From positions 15,162-79,161 of the forward strand of contig JAJVIO010000035.1 in the NCBI GenBank assembly GCA_022071975.1: a stretch of DNA of 64,000 nt, written 5' to 3'. Source of the DNA: Planctomycetota bacterium (GTDB lineage: Bacteria; Planctomycetota; UBA8742; UBA2392). A program made the translations under genes and the position numbers. Under the pieces are notes generated by a model. That model was not told where the DNA came from. It did no database searches and saw only the letters and a list, made by a program, of their open reading frames with translations. Below, in pieces: positions 9,725 to 19,698 of the stretch. The number at the start of each line of letters is the position of its first letter. Positions within the stretch are counted from its first letter, which is position 1.

Positions 9725-9954
9725 TACACGCTCCTTTTCCGGATTCTGAGTCGTCTGTTCAAACTCCGTGACAGTCACCGGCCATCCAGGCTTGCGCCAG
9801 TGGGCCGTCTGAACGCATTTGCTGCATAACTTCAATGACCTGCTTCTGTCCAGTGCGTCAGCCCGTATCTCGAATCTCGGGTGCCGCTCAAACGGCGGCA
9901 GCCACCGTGCGCTTCCCGCTAAGTTCAGATTTTTTGATCCGGGTGGCGCGAGCA

Positions 9955-10491
9955 TCAGCCGCCGCATGGGGAGTTGGCGGGGGCGGCGTCGTTGGCGGCC
10001 GGTGTGTCGCCCCCGTTGGCCGGAGGCTTCGGGGTCATCTGCTCAATCAGCTGCTTTGAAAGTGCGCGGCTGTAGCGCCAGGTGCCATCTTCGATCTTCT
10101 TGAACACCACCCAGCTGTTTTCGCGGCCTTGTTCCTTGCCGTCTTTCAGCCCGATGTACTGAACCTTGGCCTGCACCAGCGAATCCGACAGCTGCTGGGC
10201 GTCGCTGAATTCCAGTTTCCACTTGATGCCCTGTTTCTCGCTGGCCTGGAAGTTGGCGCGAAACTGAGCGAGCACAGCTTCGCGCTCCTCGTCAAGCACC
10301 ACCAGCTCGGCCAGCGTGATGCTGCTGGTCTCGATGGCGCGGGCGTAGGTTTCCGTGACACCTTCCGGCGTGCTGACATCCGGAATGAAGGTCGCCTCGC
10401 GGTTGACCTGGTCTGCGGCGTTTTCACCGCCACCGCAGGCAGCGCAGAGCAGGACAAGCAAGGAAATCAGGATCAGGACATGGCTTCGCAT
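9955..10491 (-). CDS. Lipoprotein, NTF2/DUF4878-like
   Basis: Lipobox-like CAAC-GGG; TPEGVTETY...KKIEDGTW pattern. Confidence 0.65.
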   Translation of the reverse strand: MRSHVLILISLLVLLCAACGGGENAADQVNREATFIPDVSTPEGVTETYARAIETSSITLAELVVLDEEREAVLAQFRANFQASEKQGIKWKLEFSDAQQLSDSLVQAKVQYIGLKDGKEQGRENSWVVFKKIEDGTWRYSRALSKQLIEQMTPKPPANGGDTPAANDAAPANSPCGG

Positions 10492-10535
10492 CGGCTCTTC
10501 CTTCGCGGCTGATTGCATACCATACCCAAAATCTA

Positions 10536-10583
10536 CGACCAACTGAACAAGCCCGGCTTTCGCCGGGCTTGTTCAGTTGGTCG
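10536..10583. terminator. Perfect 22-bp inverted repeat that includes the duplicated tRNA CCA end
   Basis: CGACCAACTGAACAAGCCCGGC-TTTC-GCCGGGCTTGTTCAGTTGGTCG. Confidence 0.7.
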
Positions 10584-10800
10584 GGGCGATGAGATTTGAA
10601 CTCACGACCTCAAACGCCGAAGGCGTTTGACAGCGAAGCAGCCCGGCCAAAGCCGGGCGTAAGCGTAGCGGCCCGAAGGCGTTTGACAGCGAAGCAGCCC
10701 GGCGAAGGCCGGGCGTAAGCGAAGCGGCGCGGGCGCAGCCCGCTGAGGTCGTGAGCTGGCACAAATGGAGAACGCCTCCCGGCAAAGAGAGGCGTTCATA
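10578..10800 (-). repeat. tRNA-linked repeat: 34-bp copy of the tRNA-Pro 3' end plus two tandem ~56-bp palindromic units
   Basis: 10578..10611 is identical to 10802..10835; the unit CCGAAGGCGTTTGACAGCGAAGCAGCCCGGC..GCCGGGCGTAAGCG.AGCGGC occurs twice. Confidence 0.85.
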
Positions 10801-10801
10801 A

Positions 10802-10878
<77 letters not shown>

Positions 10879-10936
10879 ATCCGTCTGGAAGCTAACGCAC
10901 CACTGTTGCAGCGTCAAGGACAGGCGAGCCGACTAC

Positions 10937-11929
10937 TTATCGAGCCAGCCAGTCCGCGATCTCGTGCGCCTTCAGGATTCCGTCCTCCGTGATCCAGCCG
11001 CTGATCAGCCCGGCGGGCGTCACGTCAAAGGCCGGGTTGTACACCTTCACGCGATCCGGCGCCGTGCGCACGGTGCCAATGTAACGCAGCTCGCGGGCGT
11101 TGCGCTCTTCGATCGGAATCTGCGCGCCGGCCGCCAGCTCAGGGTCGAAGGTGCTTTTCGGTGCCGCAACGTAAAAAGGAACACCGTGCGCCTTGGCCAG
11201 CGTCGCCACGCCGTAGGTGCCGATGTTGTTGGCCGCGTCGCCATTGCGTGCGATGCGGTCAGCCCCGGTGATCACCAGGTCCACCTTGCCGTCCCGCATC
11301 ACCACGGCCGCCATCGAATCCGTGATCAGGGTGACATCCAGGCCGTTCTCGGCCAGCTCAAAGCTCGTCAGCCGCGCCCCCTGCAGCAGGGGCCGGGTTT
11401 CGTCGGCGAACACCCGGAACTTGCGCCCGTGCTCATGCGCAACGTACATGGGCGCCAGTGCGGTTCCCATGCCCGCCGTGGCCAGCGCGCCGGCATTGCA
11501 GTGGGTCAGCACGCCCATGCCGGCCTGGATCAGCGCCGCCCCGTGCTCGCCGATAGCGCGGCAGGTGCGCACATCTTCAGCGTCGATGGCCTTTGCCTCG
11601 GCCAATGCCCGCTCCGGGTCGCCCTTGGCTGCGCGGCGTACGCGCTCAACCCCCCAGCGCAGGTTCACGGCCGTGGGGCGGGCGGAGGCCAGTTTTTCCA
11701 GGCCTGCGTCGCCCAGGCCCGCGCGCAGGGCGATCACTGCCCCGTAAGCGCCGGCCACGCCCAGCGCCGGGGCCCCCCGCACGGCCAGGCGCTCGATGGC
11801 GTCGATCACGGGCTCCAGCTCGGAAAGCTCCAGCAGCTTGAGTTCGGAGGGCAGCAGGGTCTGTTCAATGATGACCAAACGGCCGGTGGCCGCGTCGCCT
11901 TGCCAATCTACGGTTCTGGGCAATGCCAT
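10937..11929 (-). CDS. mtnA: S-methyl-5-thioribose-1-phosphate isomerase
   Basis: VRGAPALG, ARPTAVNL, LTHCNAG, DETRPLLQGARLT, GADRIA and NPAFDVTP motifs. Confidence 0.95.
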   Translation of the reverse strand: MALPRTVDWQGDAATGRLVIIEQTLLPSELKLLELSELEPVIDAIERLAVRGAPALGVAGAYGAVIALRAGLGDAGLEKLASARPTAVNLRWGVERVRRAAKGDPERALAEAKAIDAEDVRTCRAIGEHGAALIQAGMGVLTHCNAGALATAGMGTALAPMYVAHEHGRKFRVFADETRPLLQGARLTSFELAENGLDVTLITDSMAAVVMRDGKVDLVITGADRIARNGDAANNIGTYGVATLAKAHGVPFYVAAPKSTFDPELAAGAQIPIEERNARELRYIGTVRTAPDRVKVYNPAFDVTPAGLISGWITEDGILKAHEIADWLAR

Positions 11930-12007
11930 GGGCGTATCCTGTGAATCAGTGAACCGGGAATCTATATTGGATTCGTCACGTTACGACCATCGGGGCAGGG
12001 TGCAGGC

Positions 12008-12601
12008 ATGGCCAAATCTGGCGCCAGCAGGGATACGTCGTCCGAACAGGCACGACTCGAACAGGAAGAGCAGCTCGCCGACGAGCAGGTGCTCGAGGAT
12101 CTGCTGGAGGACACCCATGCGATCCTCAAGCAGGCGGTCGACCGTGCGGGGCCCAAGCGGGTGGCCCGCGCGCTGGATGTGAGCCTGAGCCTGGTCTACA
12201 AGTGGACCCAGCCGCCGCGCACCAAGAAGAACCCGGGCGCCAGCGGCGCGCGCAACCCGCTGGACAAGCTTGTCACCATCTTCCACCTGTCCGAGGACAT
12301 CGAGCTGGTGCAGTTCCTGTGCCGCATCGCGCGCGGATACTACACCTCGAACCCGCTGCTTATGGGCCAGGCCGGGCACAGCTTCGTGACGGCTACCGTC
12401 TCAGCGCTCAACGACTTCGCCGACCTGATGCAGATGGCCGAGAAGTCGCTGACCGACGACGGCAGAATCGACGAAGCCGAAGCCAAGAAGCTGCGCAAGA
12501 ACTGGGACCGGCTGAAAGGCCGCCTTGAGCACTTCATCGTCAGCTGTGAAGAAGGCGCATACGACCTGAACGGCAAGCAGGCATCGGGCGAAGAGGAATA
12601 G
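12008..12601 (+). CDS. Phage regulatory CII/YmfL-like HTH protein
   Basis: HTH-like KRVARALDVSLSLVYKW, then NPLDK and C-terminal DGRIDEAE typical of this family. Confidence 0.6.
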   Translation: MAKSGASRDTSSEQARLEQEEQLADEQVLEDLLEDTHAILKQAVDRAGPKRVARALDVSLSLVYKWTQPPRTKKNPGASGARNPLDKLVTIFHLSEDIELVQFLCRIARGYYTSNPLLMGQAGHSFVTATVSALNDFADLMQMAEKSLTDDGRIDEAEAKKLRKNWDRLKGRLEHFIVSCEEGAYDLNGKQASGEEE

Positions 12602-12611
12602 CCGGATCACC

Positions 12612-13067
12612 ATGAGCGACAGGCTGCCCATCCCTGAAATCGACGACGAAGAGCTCAGGCAGCATATCCTGAAGCTCCGCGGCCTCGTTGCGGAAGAAAC
12701 CATCGAGACGCTGAAGATGGTGCGCCTCGACCACATCGTGAACCCGCGCGGCAAGCTGACCGCCGAGTACGACCAGCAAGCCTTCCGCGCGTGGGTGATC
12801 GCCTGGCTGAACGCCCTCGAGACCGTGGTGTGCGCCCACATGGCCATGATGACCAAGCGCCTTTGGGACGAGCAGACGCCCCTTGAGCCGATCGTCGCCC
12901 ACCCCAAGCTGCTGCTCGACCAGGTCGAAGACATCAAACGCGCGCTCGAGATCATCCTGCACGCCGAGCCCGAGATGACGCCCCAGCCCGTCACCGGCCA
13001 GCACCGCAAGCTCTCCGACGAAGAAGAAGCCGCCGCGGTCAAGGATGCGGCCGACAAAGACGCCTAG
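12612..13067 (+). CDS. Hypothetical helical protein
   Basis: Typical GC3-biased codons; starts 10 bp after the previous stop. Confidence 0.65.
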   Translation: MSDRLPIPEIDDEELRQHILKLRGLVAEETIETLKMVRLDHIVNPRGKLTAEYDQQAFRAWVIAWLNALETVVCAHMAMMTKRLWDEQTPLEPIVAHPKLLLDQVEDIKRALEIILHAEPEMTPQPVTGQHRKLSDEEEAAAVKDAADKDA

Positions 13068-13089
13068 GCCCCGATTCAACAGCAAAATT

Positions 13090-13162
13090 CCAATAACCAA
13101 TTACCAATGCCCAATTGGCCCTGGCGGGGTTGCTGCTACTGGTAGTTGGTAACTGGTTATTG
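13090..13162. repeat. Heptamer tandem repeats in inverted arrangement
   Basis: CCAATAA CCAATTA CCAATGC CCAATTG ... TGGTAGT TGGTAAC TGGTTAT TG. Confidence 0.7.
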
Positions 13163-13223
13163 CCTTTTCGCTGTTCCCGCCCACCCATTGCCCTTGCGCC
13201 TGCCGCTGGTAGATACCCCGCAT

Positions 13224-14015
13224 ATGGAATCGCTGCCCAAATCCCGCGCCAAGCAGCTGCGCGCCTTGAAGCTTCGCAAGTCACGCGAAGAACAGGGCCT
13301 GTTCGTGGCTGAGGGCCCGCTGTTGCTTGAGGAAGCCTTCAAGGCCGGCGTGTTCCCGCGTTACGTGGTGGTCTGCCCGGAGCTGATCGAGAGCACGCGC
13401 GAAAAGGTCGAAGCACTGCTGGCGCGCTGCAGGCAGGAAGGCGTCGAGGCCTTCGAGACCGACAGCGGCGAATTCATGGCCGCCAGCGACACCGTCAACA
13501 GCCAGGGCATCCTTGGCGTGTTCGGCATGCCCGCCTGGGACCTGACCGCCCTGCTGTCACGGCCGCAGCTCACTCTGCTGGTGCTCGACAACCTGCGCGA
13601 CCCGGGCAACCTCGGCACCATCCTGCGCCAGGCGGCCGCGTTCGATTGCGGCGGGCTGCTGCTGCTTAAGGGCTGCGTGGACGCCTACAACCACAAGGCC
13701 GTTCGCGCCAGCATGGGCGGCATCTACCACGTGCCGGTGTTCGGCGACCTGACGCCCGAGGACGTGATGTCCAAGCTGACCGAGGCCGGCGTGTGGCCCT
13801 ACGTGACGGGCACGAAAGGGCAGAACGCGTTTACGATCAGCTACCCGCCCAAGACGGCGTTCATCATCGGCGGCGAGAGCGAAGGCGTGCAGCCCTTCTG
13901 GAAAGACCACGAGGTCATCCAGGTAAGCATCCCCCAGACCGACAAGGTCGAAAGTCTCAACGCGGCGGTGGCAGCCAGCATTCTCATCGCTTACCGTTAC
14001 CAGGCCCGGCAGTAG
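13224..14015 (+). CDS. TrmH/SpoU-family RNA methyltransferase
   Basis: FVAEG, DPGNLGTILR, IGGESEG and VESLNAAVA SPOUT motifs. Confidence 0.93.
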   Translation: MESLPKSRAKQLRALKLRKSREEQGLFVAEGPLLLEEAFKAGVFPRYVVVCPELIESTREKVEALLARCRQEGVEAFETDSGEFMAASDTVNSQGILGVFGMPAWDLTALLSRPQLTLLVLDNLRDPGNLGTILRQAAAFDCGGLLLLKGCVDAYNHKAVRASMGGIYHVPVFGDLTPEDVMSKLTEAGVWPYVTGTKGQNAFTISYPPKTAFIIGGESEGVQPFWKDHEVIQVSIPQTDKVESLNAAVAASILIAYRYQARQ

Positions 14016-14112
14016 CATCGGCTTCCAGCCGATGGAGTACCGGCGGGCTTCCAGCCCGCCGCGCATTGGCCGAAGGCCAATGCGCACGACATGGCCTGGA
14101 AGGCCATGCTAC
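14012..14112. repeat. GTAG-family REP doublet (REPIN-like)
   Basis: GTAGCATCGGCTTCCAGCCGATG ... CATGGCCTGGAAGGCCATGCTAC with internal palindromes. Confidence 0.75.
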
Positions 14113-16323
14113 CCCCGCCGGCTGATCAGCATTACCGCGTGGGTGGTTTTCTGCACGATCTGCATGGCGAAGCGGCCGAAGTGTTTCTTTACTTTTACCG
14201 ATGCGCTGTACGCCGATGATCGTGAGGTCGGCCTGCTCGCACTGCTTCGCCACCTGCTCGATGGCGTTGTTACTGCGGATGATGCGCACGCGGCCGAAGC
14301 CGGGGGCCTCGCTCATGGCCACGCGCTCCAGTTCTTCCTCGATCTTCAGCGCGTCCGGGTCGGACACGTCGGTGTCGATCACGCGCAGGTAAATCACCTC
14401 GCGCTGCGCCTCGCGGCTCAGGCTGCCGAGCATGCGGGCGCGCAATTCGTCCTGGACGCCGCCGCCCCCCACCGGCACCAGGATGGTCTTCGCGCTCGCC
14501 ACCTGCCACTCGGGCTGGGCGCGCAGCACCACCACATCGGCGTCCACGCTGCTCATCAGCGTCTCGAGGTGTTCGCCGTGCTCGGTCTCGGTCAGCTTGC
14601 TCATGCCCAGCAGCAGGCTCTGGCAGTCGCGGGTGCGCGCCACGCGCGCGATTTCAGCCCAGGGGTCCGCGGCCACGGTGGTCAGCGCCTCGGGGTACAG
14701 CGCCTGCCCGAGCGCCGCCTCCAGCGTCTGGCCCAGCACCTCCCGTGTGCCGTTTAACGCCTCGGCCGTACCCTCCAGGTCCGGCTTGCGGATCACGAAC
14801 AGCAGCAGCACACGCCCCACCATGGGCGGTGTGAGCGCATGGGCCACGCTGACCAGCGCGTTGGCGCTGGCCGGGTTGGCGATCGGCAGCAGCACCAGCG
14901 GGTTTTCACCGCGGGCCTGGCTGCGCAGCGGGTTGCGCGCAACGTCGGCGGCGTCCAGCGCTTCGGCGCGCCGCGCGAACAGCGTCACGTAGATGCCCAC
15001 CCCGATTGCCATCCAGACCACGGTGATCACGCCGGCCTGCGGCACTACCACGCCCTGGAACACCGCCAGCCCCACACACGCCAGTCCGCCCAGCACAGGC
15101 AGCACATTCAGCCGCAGTCGCCCCTCCACCGTGCCGCGGCGACGCGCCAGGAACTCGGTCCAGTGCACCAGGGCGTAGGTAACCAGAAAGATCAGGCCGG
15201 CCGCGGCGCCCGCGCTGGCAACGTCGCTCATGACCGGCAGGATTGCCAGCAGCAGCACGGCGCTGGCCAACACGCCGCCCGCGGGGATGCCCCGCTCCTG
15301 GTTCAGCTTGGCCAGGCCCCAGGGCAGCATGCGGTCCTGCGCCATTTTCTGCGCGATGCGCGAAGCCACGAACAGGTTGGCCTGCAGGGCGCTCAGCATC
15401 GAAAGCAGAGCAGCAACAGCCACCAGCCAGAAACCGGGCGCGCCCAGGAAGTTGCGCGCTGCCACCACGATCAGGTCGTCGCGGTGCCGCTCACCCATGC
15501 TGACGACGCTTTCGCCCTCGCTGATGCCGGCCAACACCACCACGACCAGCAGCGGGATGTAGATCGCAAGCGCGATCGCCAGCGCCAGGTACATCGCGCG
15601 CGGGACCGTACGCCGCGCGTCGCGGATCTCGCCGGACACCGCCGGTATCAGCCCGAAGCCCTGCACGGCAATGAACGTGAAGCCCATGGCCTCCAGCAAT
15701 CCGGCCGCCCCGCCATGGAAGAACGGCGACGGCTGCGGCCCAGGAGTGTCCGCGGCCAGCGCAGCCCAGATGCCGAAACCGATGATCATCAGGAAGACGA
15801 CAACCTTGCCGACCGATTCAAGCGTGCCGCCGCCGGCCGCGCGGCGCAGCAGCAGCAGCGTGTAGAAGCAGGTTGCACTCGCTGCCAGCGCGAGCACTGT
15901 GGTGTTGAAGGCCAGCCAGGCGGGCGGCTCAGTGCCGGCGAGCAGGAACGCCTCGCGCGCGATGATCAGCGCGTAGACCGCAAAACCCAGCGCGTACAGT
16001 ACGCCGGCGACAATGCCCGCGAACCAGACCATCCAGCCCACGGCGAAGGCCGAACGCACGGACAGGATCATCTTGGCGAACACGTAGGACCCGCCCGATT
16101 GCGGGTAGGCGCGCGTCATCACGGCGAAGCTGCGCGCGGTTGCGAACGCGATCACGCCATTCAGCACGAATGCCAGAATCGCCGCCAGCCCGGCGCTCGC
16201 GAACGCAGTCCCCGCCAGTGCCAGCACGCCGCCGCCGACGATGGCGCCGACGCCGACCAGCGTGGCGCGAAACAGGCCAAGTTTGCGGTTGGATTCCGGC
16301 GCGTCCAACGGCCCCCCGTCCAT
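14109..16323 (-). CDS. APC amino-acid permease fused to two USP domains (probable 1-nt frameshift near 14185-14196)
   Basis: GAIVGGG, GGSY and about 12 TM helices, then LLPIANP and ILVPVGGG USP starts. A USP-like tail KHFGRFAMQIVQKTTHAVMLISRRG* lies in another frame ending at 14109. Confidence 0.85.
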
Positions 16324-16359
16324 GGTTTCGGCAGTTTGGCCGTGCGCGTCCAGCCAAGC

Positions 16360-16857
16360 TCAAGCCTGGCGCAGAATCAACTTCGGAGTGGCAAGCCACA
16401 ACAGACCGCCCTTGCCGGCCGCGGGCTTGCCGCTGAACTCAAGGCAGGCGATGCCGCCCTTCTTCATGCTGCCCAGCGGCGCGGCGCCGGCGCCGACCAA
16501 CAGGTGCGCCAGCAGCTGCGACAAGTTGGGCTCGTGACCGACCAGGGCCAGCGCGTCTTCCTTGCGGCCTGCAAGTGCCTTCACCACTTCGGCCGGCGTG
16601 GCGCCGGGCTCGAGGCTCGGGAATTCTTCGGCCTCGGGCCAGCCCGCCCGCTCGTTCAGGATCTTGGCCGTCTGCCAGGCGCGCGCCAGCGGGCTGCTGA
16701 GGCAGGCGTCCACCTGCAGGCCCAGCTTGCGCAGCACCGCGGCAACCTTGCGGAAGCGGGCGGCGCCCTTTTCGGTCAGCGGGCGCTCGCGGTCGTCTGC
16801 CCACCGTGCAGCGTCGCGGTCGAATGCCACCGCGTGGCGAACAAGAAAGACGATCAT
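16360..16857 (-). CDS. sixA: Phosphohistidine phosphatase SixA-like
   Basis: LVRHA, RPLTEKG, SSPLARAWQTA and LVGHEP motifs. Confidence 0.88.
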   Translation of the reverse strand: MIVFLVRHAVAFDRDAARWADDRERPLTEKGAARFRKVAAVLRKLGLQVDACLSSPLARAWQTAKILNERAGWPEAEEFPSLEPGATPAEVVKALAGRKEDALALVGHEPNLSQLLAHLLVGAGAAPLGSMKKGGIACLEFSGKPAAGKGGLLWLATPKLILRQA

Positions 16858-17762
16858 CTCTTCCTCCGCTTGCGGCCGGTGATGGCTTCCAGCACTTCGG
16901 CCCAGCGCCTGGAATCGAGTTCGTCCAGCAACTCCGGCATCTCGGCCAGGCGCGTGCGGGCGCGCTCGCGGCAGGTCTCGACCAGCTTTGCGCATGCGCG
17001 GCGAGTGGCGGGCTTGAACTCGGGCTCGGCGCTCAGGTGCGAAAGCACATCGGCGGCGTGGGAGGCGTCGAGGTAGTCGCCGAATCCCTCCTGGATCGCC
17101 GCCAGGGCTTTCAATGTCGGCTTGGCGGGTTCGCCGTAATGGCCTGCGAGCGCCATCAGCGCGTAGCGCAGCTTTTTCCCCGCGATGCGCAGTCGGTGAT
17201 ACTCCTCAAGCGTCCGGCGCCGGCGCGCACGCTCCAGGGCCTTTCGAAAGCGGCCGTGCGAAACTTCAAGAAGCTCGGGCGCCACCCGGTCGATTGAGGC
17301 CTTCGCCGATGGCGGCCACTCAGCCCGCTGCTGTACAAGCAATTTATAAACCTTGAACTCCGCCGAAGCGCGCCAGGCGGCCAGTGCGGCGTCGGCGTCA
17401 GGCAGCATGTGTTCTCGGCGCTCGGCCAGGCGCTGCAAAAGCGGCTCCAGCGCCTTTGCATCACGGCTGGTCAGTTCACCGCGCCAGGCCTCGAGATTCG
17501 CGCGCAGCACATCAAGGTCGCGCAGGGCCGAGAACGCGTCGGCCAGCTCGCGCAGACGGTCGCGCACCTGGCGCGCGCCGGGCGGCAGGTAATCACGGAA
17601 CAGGGAAAGCAGCGAGCGCAGGCGCCGCGCCGAGACACGCACCTGGTGGATGCCCTCGACTTCCGGCACGGCCTTGCAGGCGGCGTCTAGGCGCTCGCTC
17701 AACTGCTCCAGGGAGTCACGCAGGAAGGCGCTGGTGGCCAGGCTGGTGGGTTTGAGATTCAT
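16854..17762 (-). CDS. CHAD-domain (polyphosphate-binding) protein
   Basis: IHQVRVSARRLRS, RDLDV, HRLRIAGKKLRY and QEGFGDYLD motifs. Confidence 0.9.
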   Translation of the reverse strand: MNLKPTSLATSAFLRDSLEQLSERLDAACKAVPEVEGIHQVRVSARRLRSLLSLFRDYLPPGARQVRDRLRELADAFSALRDLDVLRANLEAWRGELTSRDAKALEPLLQRLAERREHMLPDADAALAAWRASAEFKVYKLLVQQRAEWPPSAKASIDRVAPELLEVSHGRFRKALERARRRRTLEEYHRLRIAGKKLRYALMALAGHYGEPAKPTLKALAAIQEGFGDYLDASHAADVLSHLSAEPEFKPATRRACAKLVETCRERARTRLAEMPELLDELDSRRWAEVLEAITGRKRRKR

Positions 17763-18145
17763 GAGCTCAGGCGCTTGGCGAGTGCGGCAAGGTCGGGCTT
17801 GTTCTTCATCTGGAACTCAGCGGGGTTGGCAAACTCGGTGATACGGTTGGTGGGCAACAGATGGATGTGCACGTGCGGGACTTCGTAGCCGATCACCATG
17901 GTGCAGACGCGCTTGCAGCCCAGCTTTGCTTTCAGCAGCGCGGCGACCTGCTTGGCGGCCAGGTGCAGCTGCGCATAGGCGTCGTCGTCCATGTCGAACA
18001 GGTAGTCGTGCTCTCGCTTCGGGATCACCAGCGTGTGCCCCTCGACCCAGGGGTTGATGTCAAGGAACGCCAGGTGGTGATCGTCTTCCCAAACCTTGTG
18101 GCAGGGAATCTCACCGGCAACGATTCTGCTGAAGATGGAAGCCAT
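17759..18145 (-). CDS. HIT-family nucleotide hydrolase
   Basis: SIFSRIVAGEIP, GHTLVIPK and HVHIH triad. Confidence 0.93.
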   Translation of the reverse strand: MASIFSRIVAGEIPCHKVWEDDHHLAFLDINPWVEGHTLVIPKREHDYLFDMDDDAYAQLHLAAKQVAALLKAKLGCKRVCTMVIGYEVPHVHIHLLPTNRITEFANPAEFQMKNKPDLAALAKRLSS

Positions 18146-18440
18146 GCACGTCTCCTTGCGCGATGTTTAACCACGAAGCGCCGCGTAGCACTACGAATAA
18201 CCGGCAGATCAAGGCCGTGTGAACGGCCGCCGATTTGGAACGAGCGACGCCGGCAACTACGCGCTGAGGGGCAAAGGCCCAGAAAACCGCCCAGGTCCGA
18301 AGAAATGCCGGCTGCAATTCCGTAAGCGATTCATACTCAATGGTTTACGCATTGCCGCAGGCGCGGGAATCGCCCTGCGCCCGATTGACAGCCCGCCTTG
18401 CCCCGCTACCATTCCGCATTCGTTTGTGAAGGAAGTAGCC

Positions 18441-19547
18441 TTGAAACACGCTTTTCGCATCGGAATTCCGGCCCTGCTGATCGCCGCGGGCGTGGCTGCC
18501 TTCGTGCTGGCGCAGCCCGAAGCGGACGACCTCAACAAGCCCTACGAGTTCAAGCTTGGCCCTGACATCACCGCCCAGGCCGCCGACGTCGTGATTGAGC
18601 CGCGCTTCCGCGCCATCGCCGACGACCGCTTCGCCTACGAATGCTACTCAAACGCCGTGCGCAGCGGCACCGTGACCGACGCCGACAAGCCGGTGGAAAG
18701 CTTCCGCATCAGCGAAAACTGGATCAACCATTTCACCATGGTGGCCAGTGAAGACCCGCTTGACGGTCGCAAAGACCTGCAACTGCGTTTCCAGTTCGAC
18801 GTCATGCAGTTCACGATCGACAACGGCGAGGCGCGCTACACCGGCTTTGTGGGCCCGACATCCGAGCTGCACAAGCCCGGCTTCCAGGAAGTGCTGCCCG
18901 GCGGCGAGCGCAGCGACGTCACCAACATCCCCGGCTGGGTCGGCATCAACGCCAACAGCCTAGAGCAGAACCGCGGCACACAGGCCCGCGACTTCAGCGC
19001 CAGCGCCTGGTTCAGCGCGTCTGAGACCGGCCGCCTGTACCGCGAAACTTACTACGCCGAGTACGGCTTCGCCGACCAGGCCAACTACCCCGGCCGCCTG
19101 CAGGACCCGCTGCACATCGCGCTCAGCGTGCAGCCGGAGTTCAGCGCCGGCGCGAAGCTGAAGCTGGGAGAAACCCTTACGCTGCGCCGCCGCTTCCCGG
19201 TCGGCGCCAGCTTCGGCGGCACCATCGAGTACGACTTCACCTACAAGCTGGAAAAACTGTACGGCACAGTCGCCGAGCCCACGGCCGCGCGCCTGAGTTT
19301 TGACGCCGTGCCTGTGAAGCGCGAGCATGAGTTGACCGTAAATGGCCTCAAGACCCGTTTCAGCGCCCCGGACATCAAGGGCGGCAAGCTGCTGCTGGAC
19401 CTGGTGAAGGGCGTGGCCGCCCACGTGCAGTGGGAGTACAGGCTGGGCGGGACGATCAGCCAGGCGGGCACGGAGCTGGTGACCGTGTTCGACGTGAAGT
19501 TCGAATTCTCCGCTTCGCTGCGCGCGAGCGCCCCGAAGCAGGAATAG
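18441..19547 (+). CDS. Exported beta-rich hypothetical protein
   Basis: TTG start after AAGGA, hydrophobic signal or anchor, strong codon bias. Confidence 0.7.
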   Translation: MKHAFRIGIPALLIAAGVAAFVLAQPEADDLNKPYEFKLGPDITAQAADVVIEPRFRAIADDRFAYECYSNAVRSGTVTDADKPVESFRISENWINHFTMVASEDPLDGRKDLQLRFQFDVMQFTIDNGEARYTGFVGPTSELHKPGFQEVLPGGERSDVTNIPGWVGINANSLEQNRGTQARDFSASAWFSASETGRLYRETYYAEYGFADQANYPGRLQDPLHIALSVQPEFSAGAKLKLGETLTLRRRFPVGASFGGTIEYDFTYKLEKLYGTVAEPTAARLSFDAVPVKREHELTVNGLKTRFSAPDIKGGKLLLDLVKGVAAHVQWEYRLGGTISQAGTELVTVFDVKFEFSASLRASAPKQE

Positions 19548-19698
19548 TTCGCGGGCGGGGCGTGTGCCCCGCCGCATTGGAAAATTACCGGAAGAACTCC
19601 GGAGCTAAGGGCGGGAGTACCGCCCCCGTAAGGCCCGGGATGGGCCGGAGGATCACAAGTTCGACGGAAGGCCCAAGGGCCGGCCAACGAATGGGACG

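Noticed and set aside
10578-10800. Possible CRISPR array or prophage att site at the tRNA repeats (also 38124..38414)
   Set aside because: Only two units each, no unique spacers of regular length, no cas or integrase gene, and only about 200 bp between the duplicated tRNA ends.
19575-19698. Several short hairpins upstream of the TIGR03936-rne operon as a possible riboswitch or leader
   Set aside because: The stems are short and GC-rich, as expected by chance at this composition, and no known aptamer consensus was recognised.
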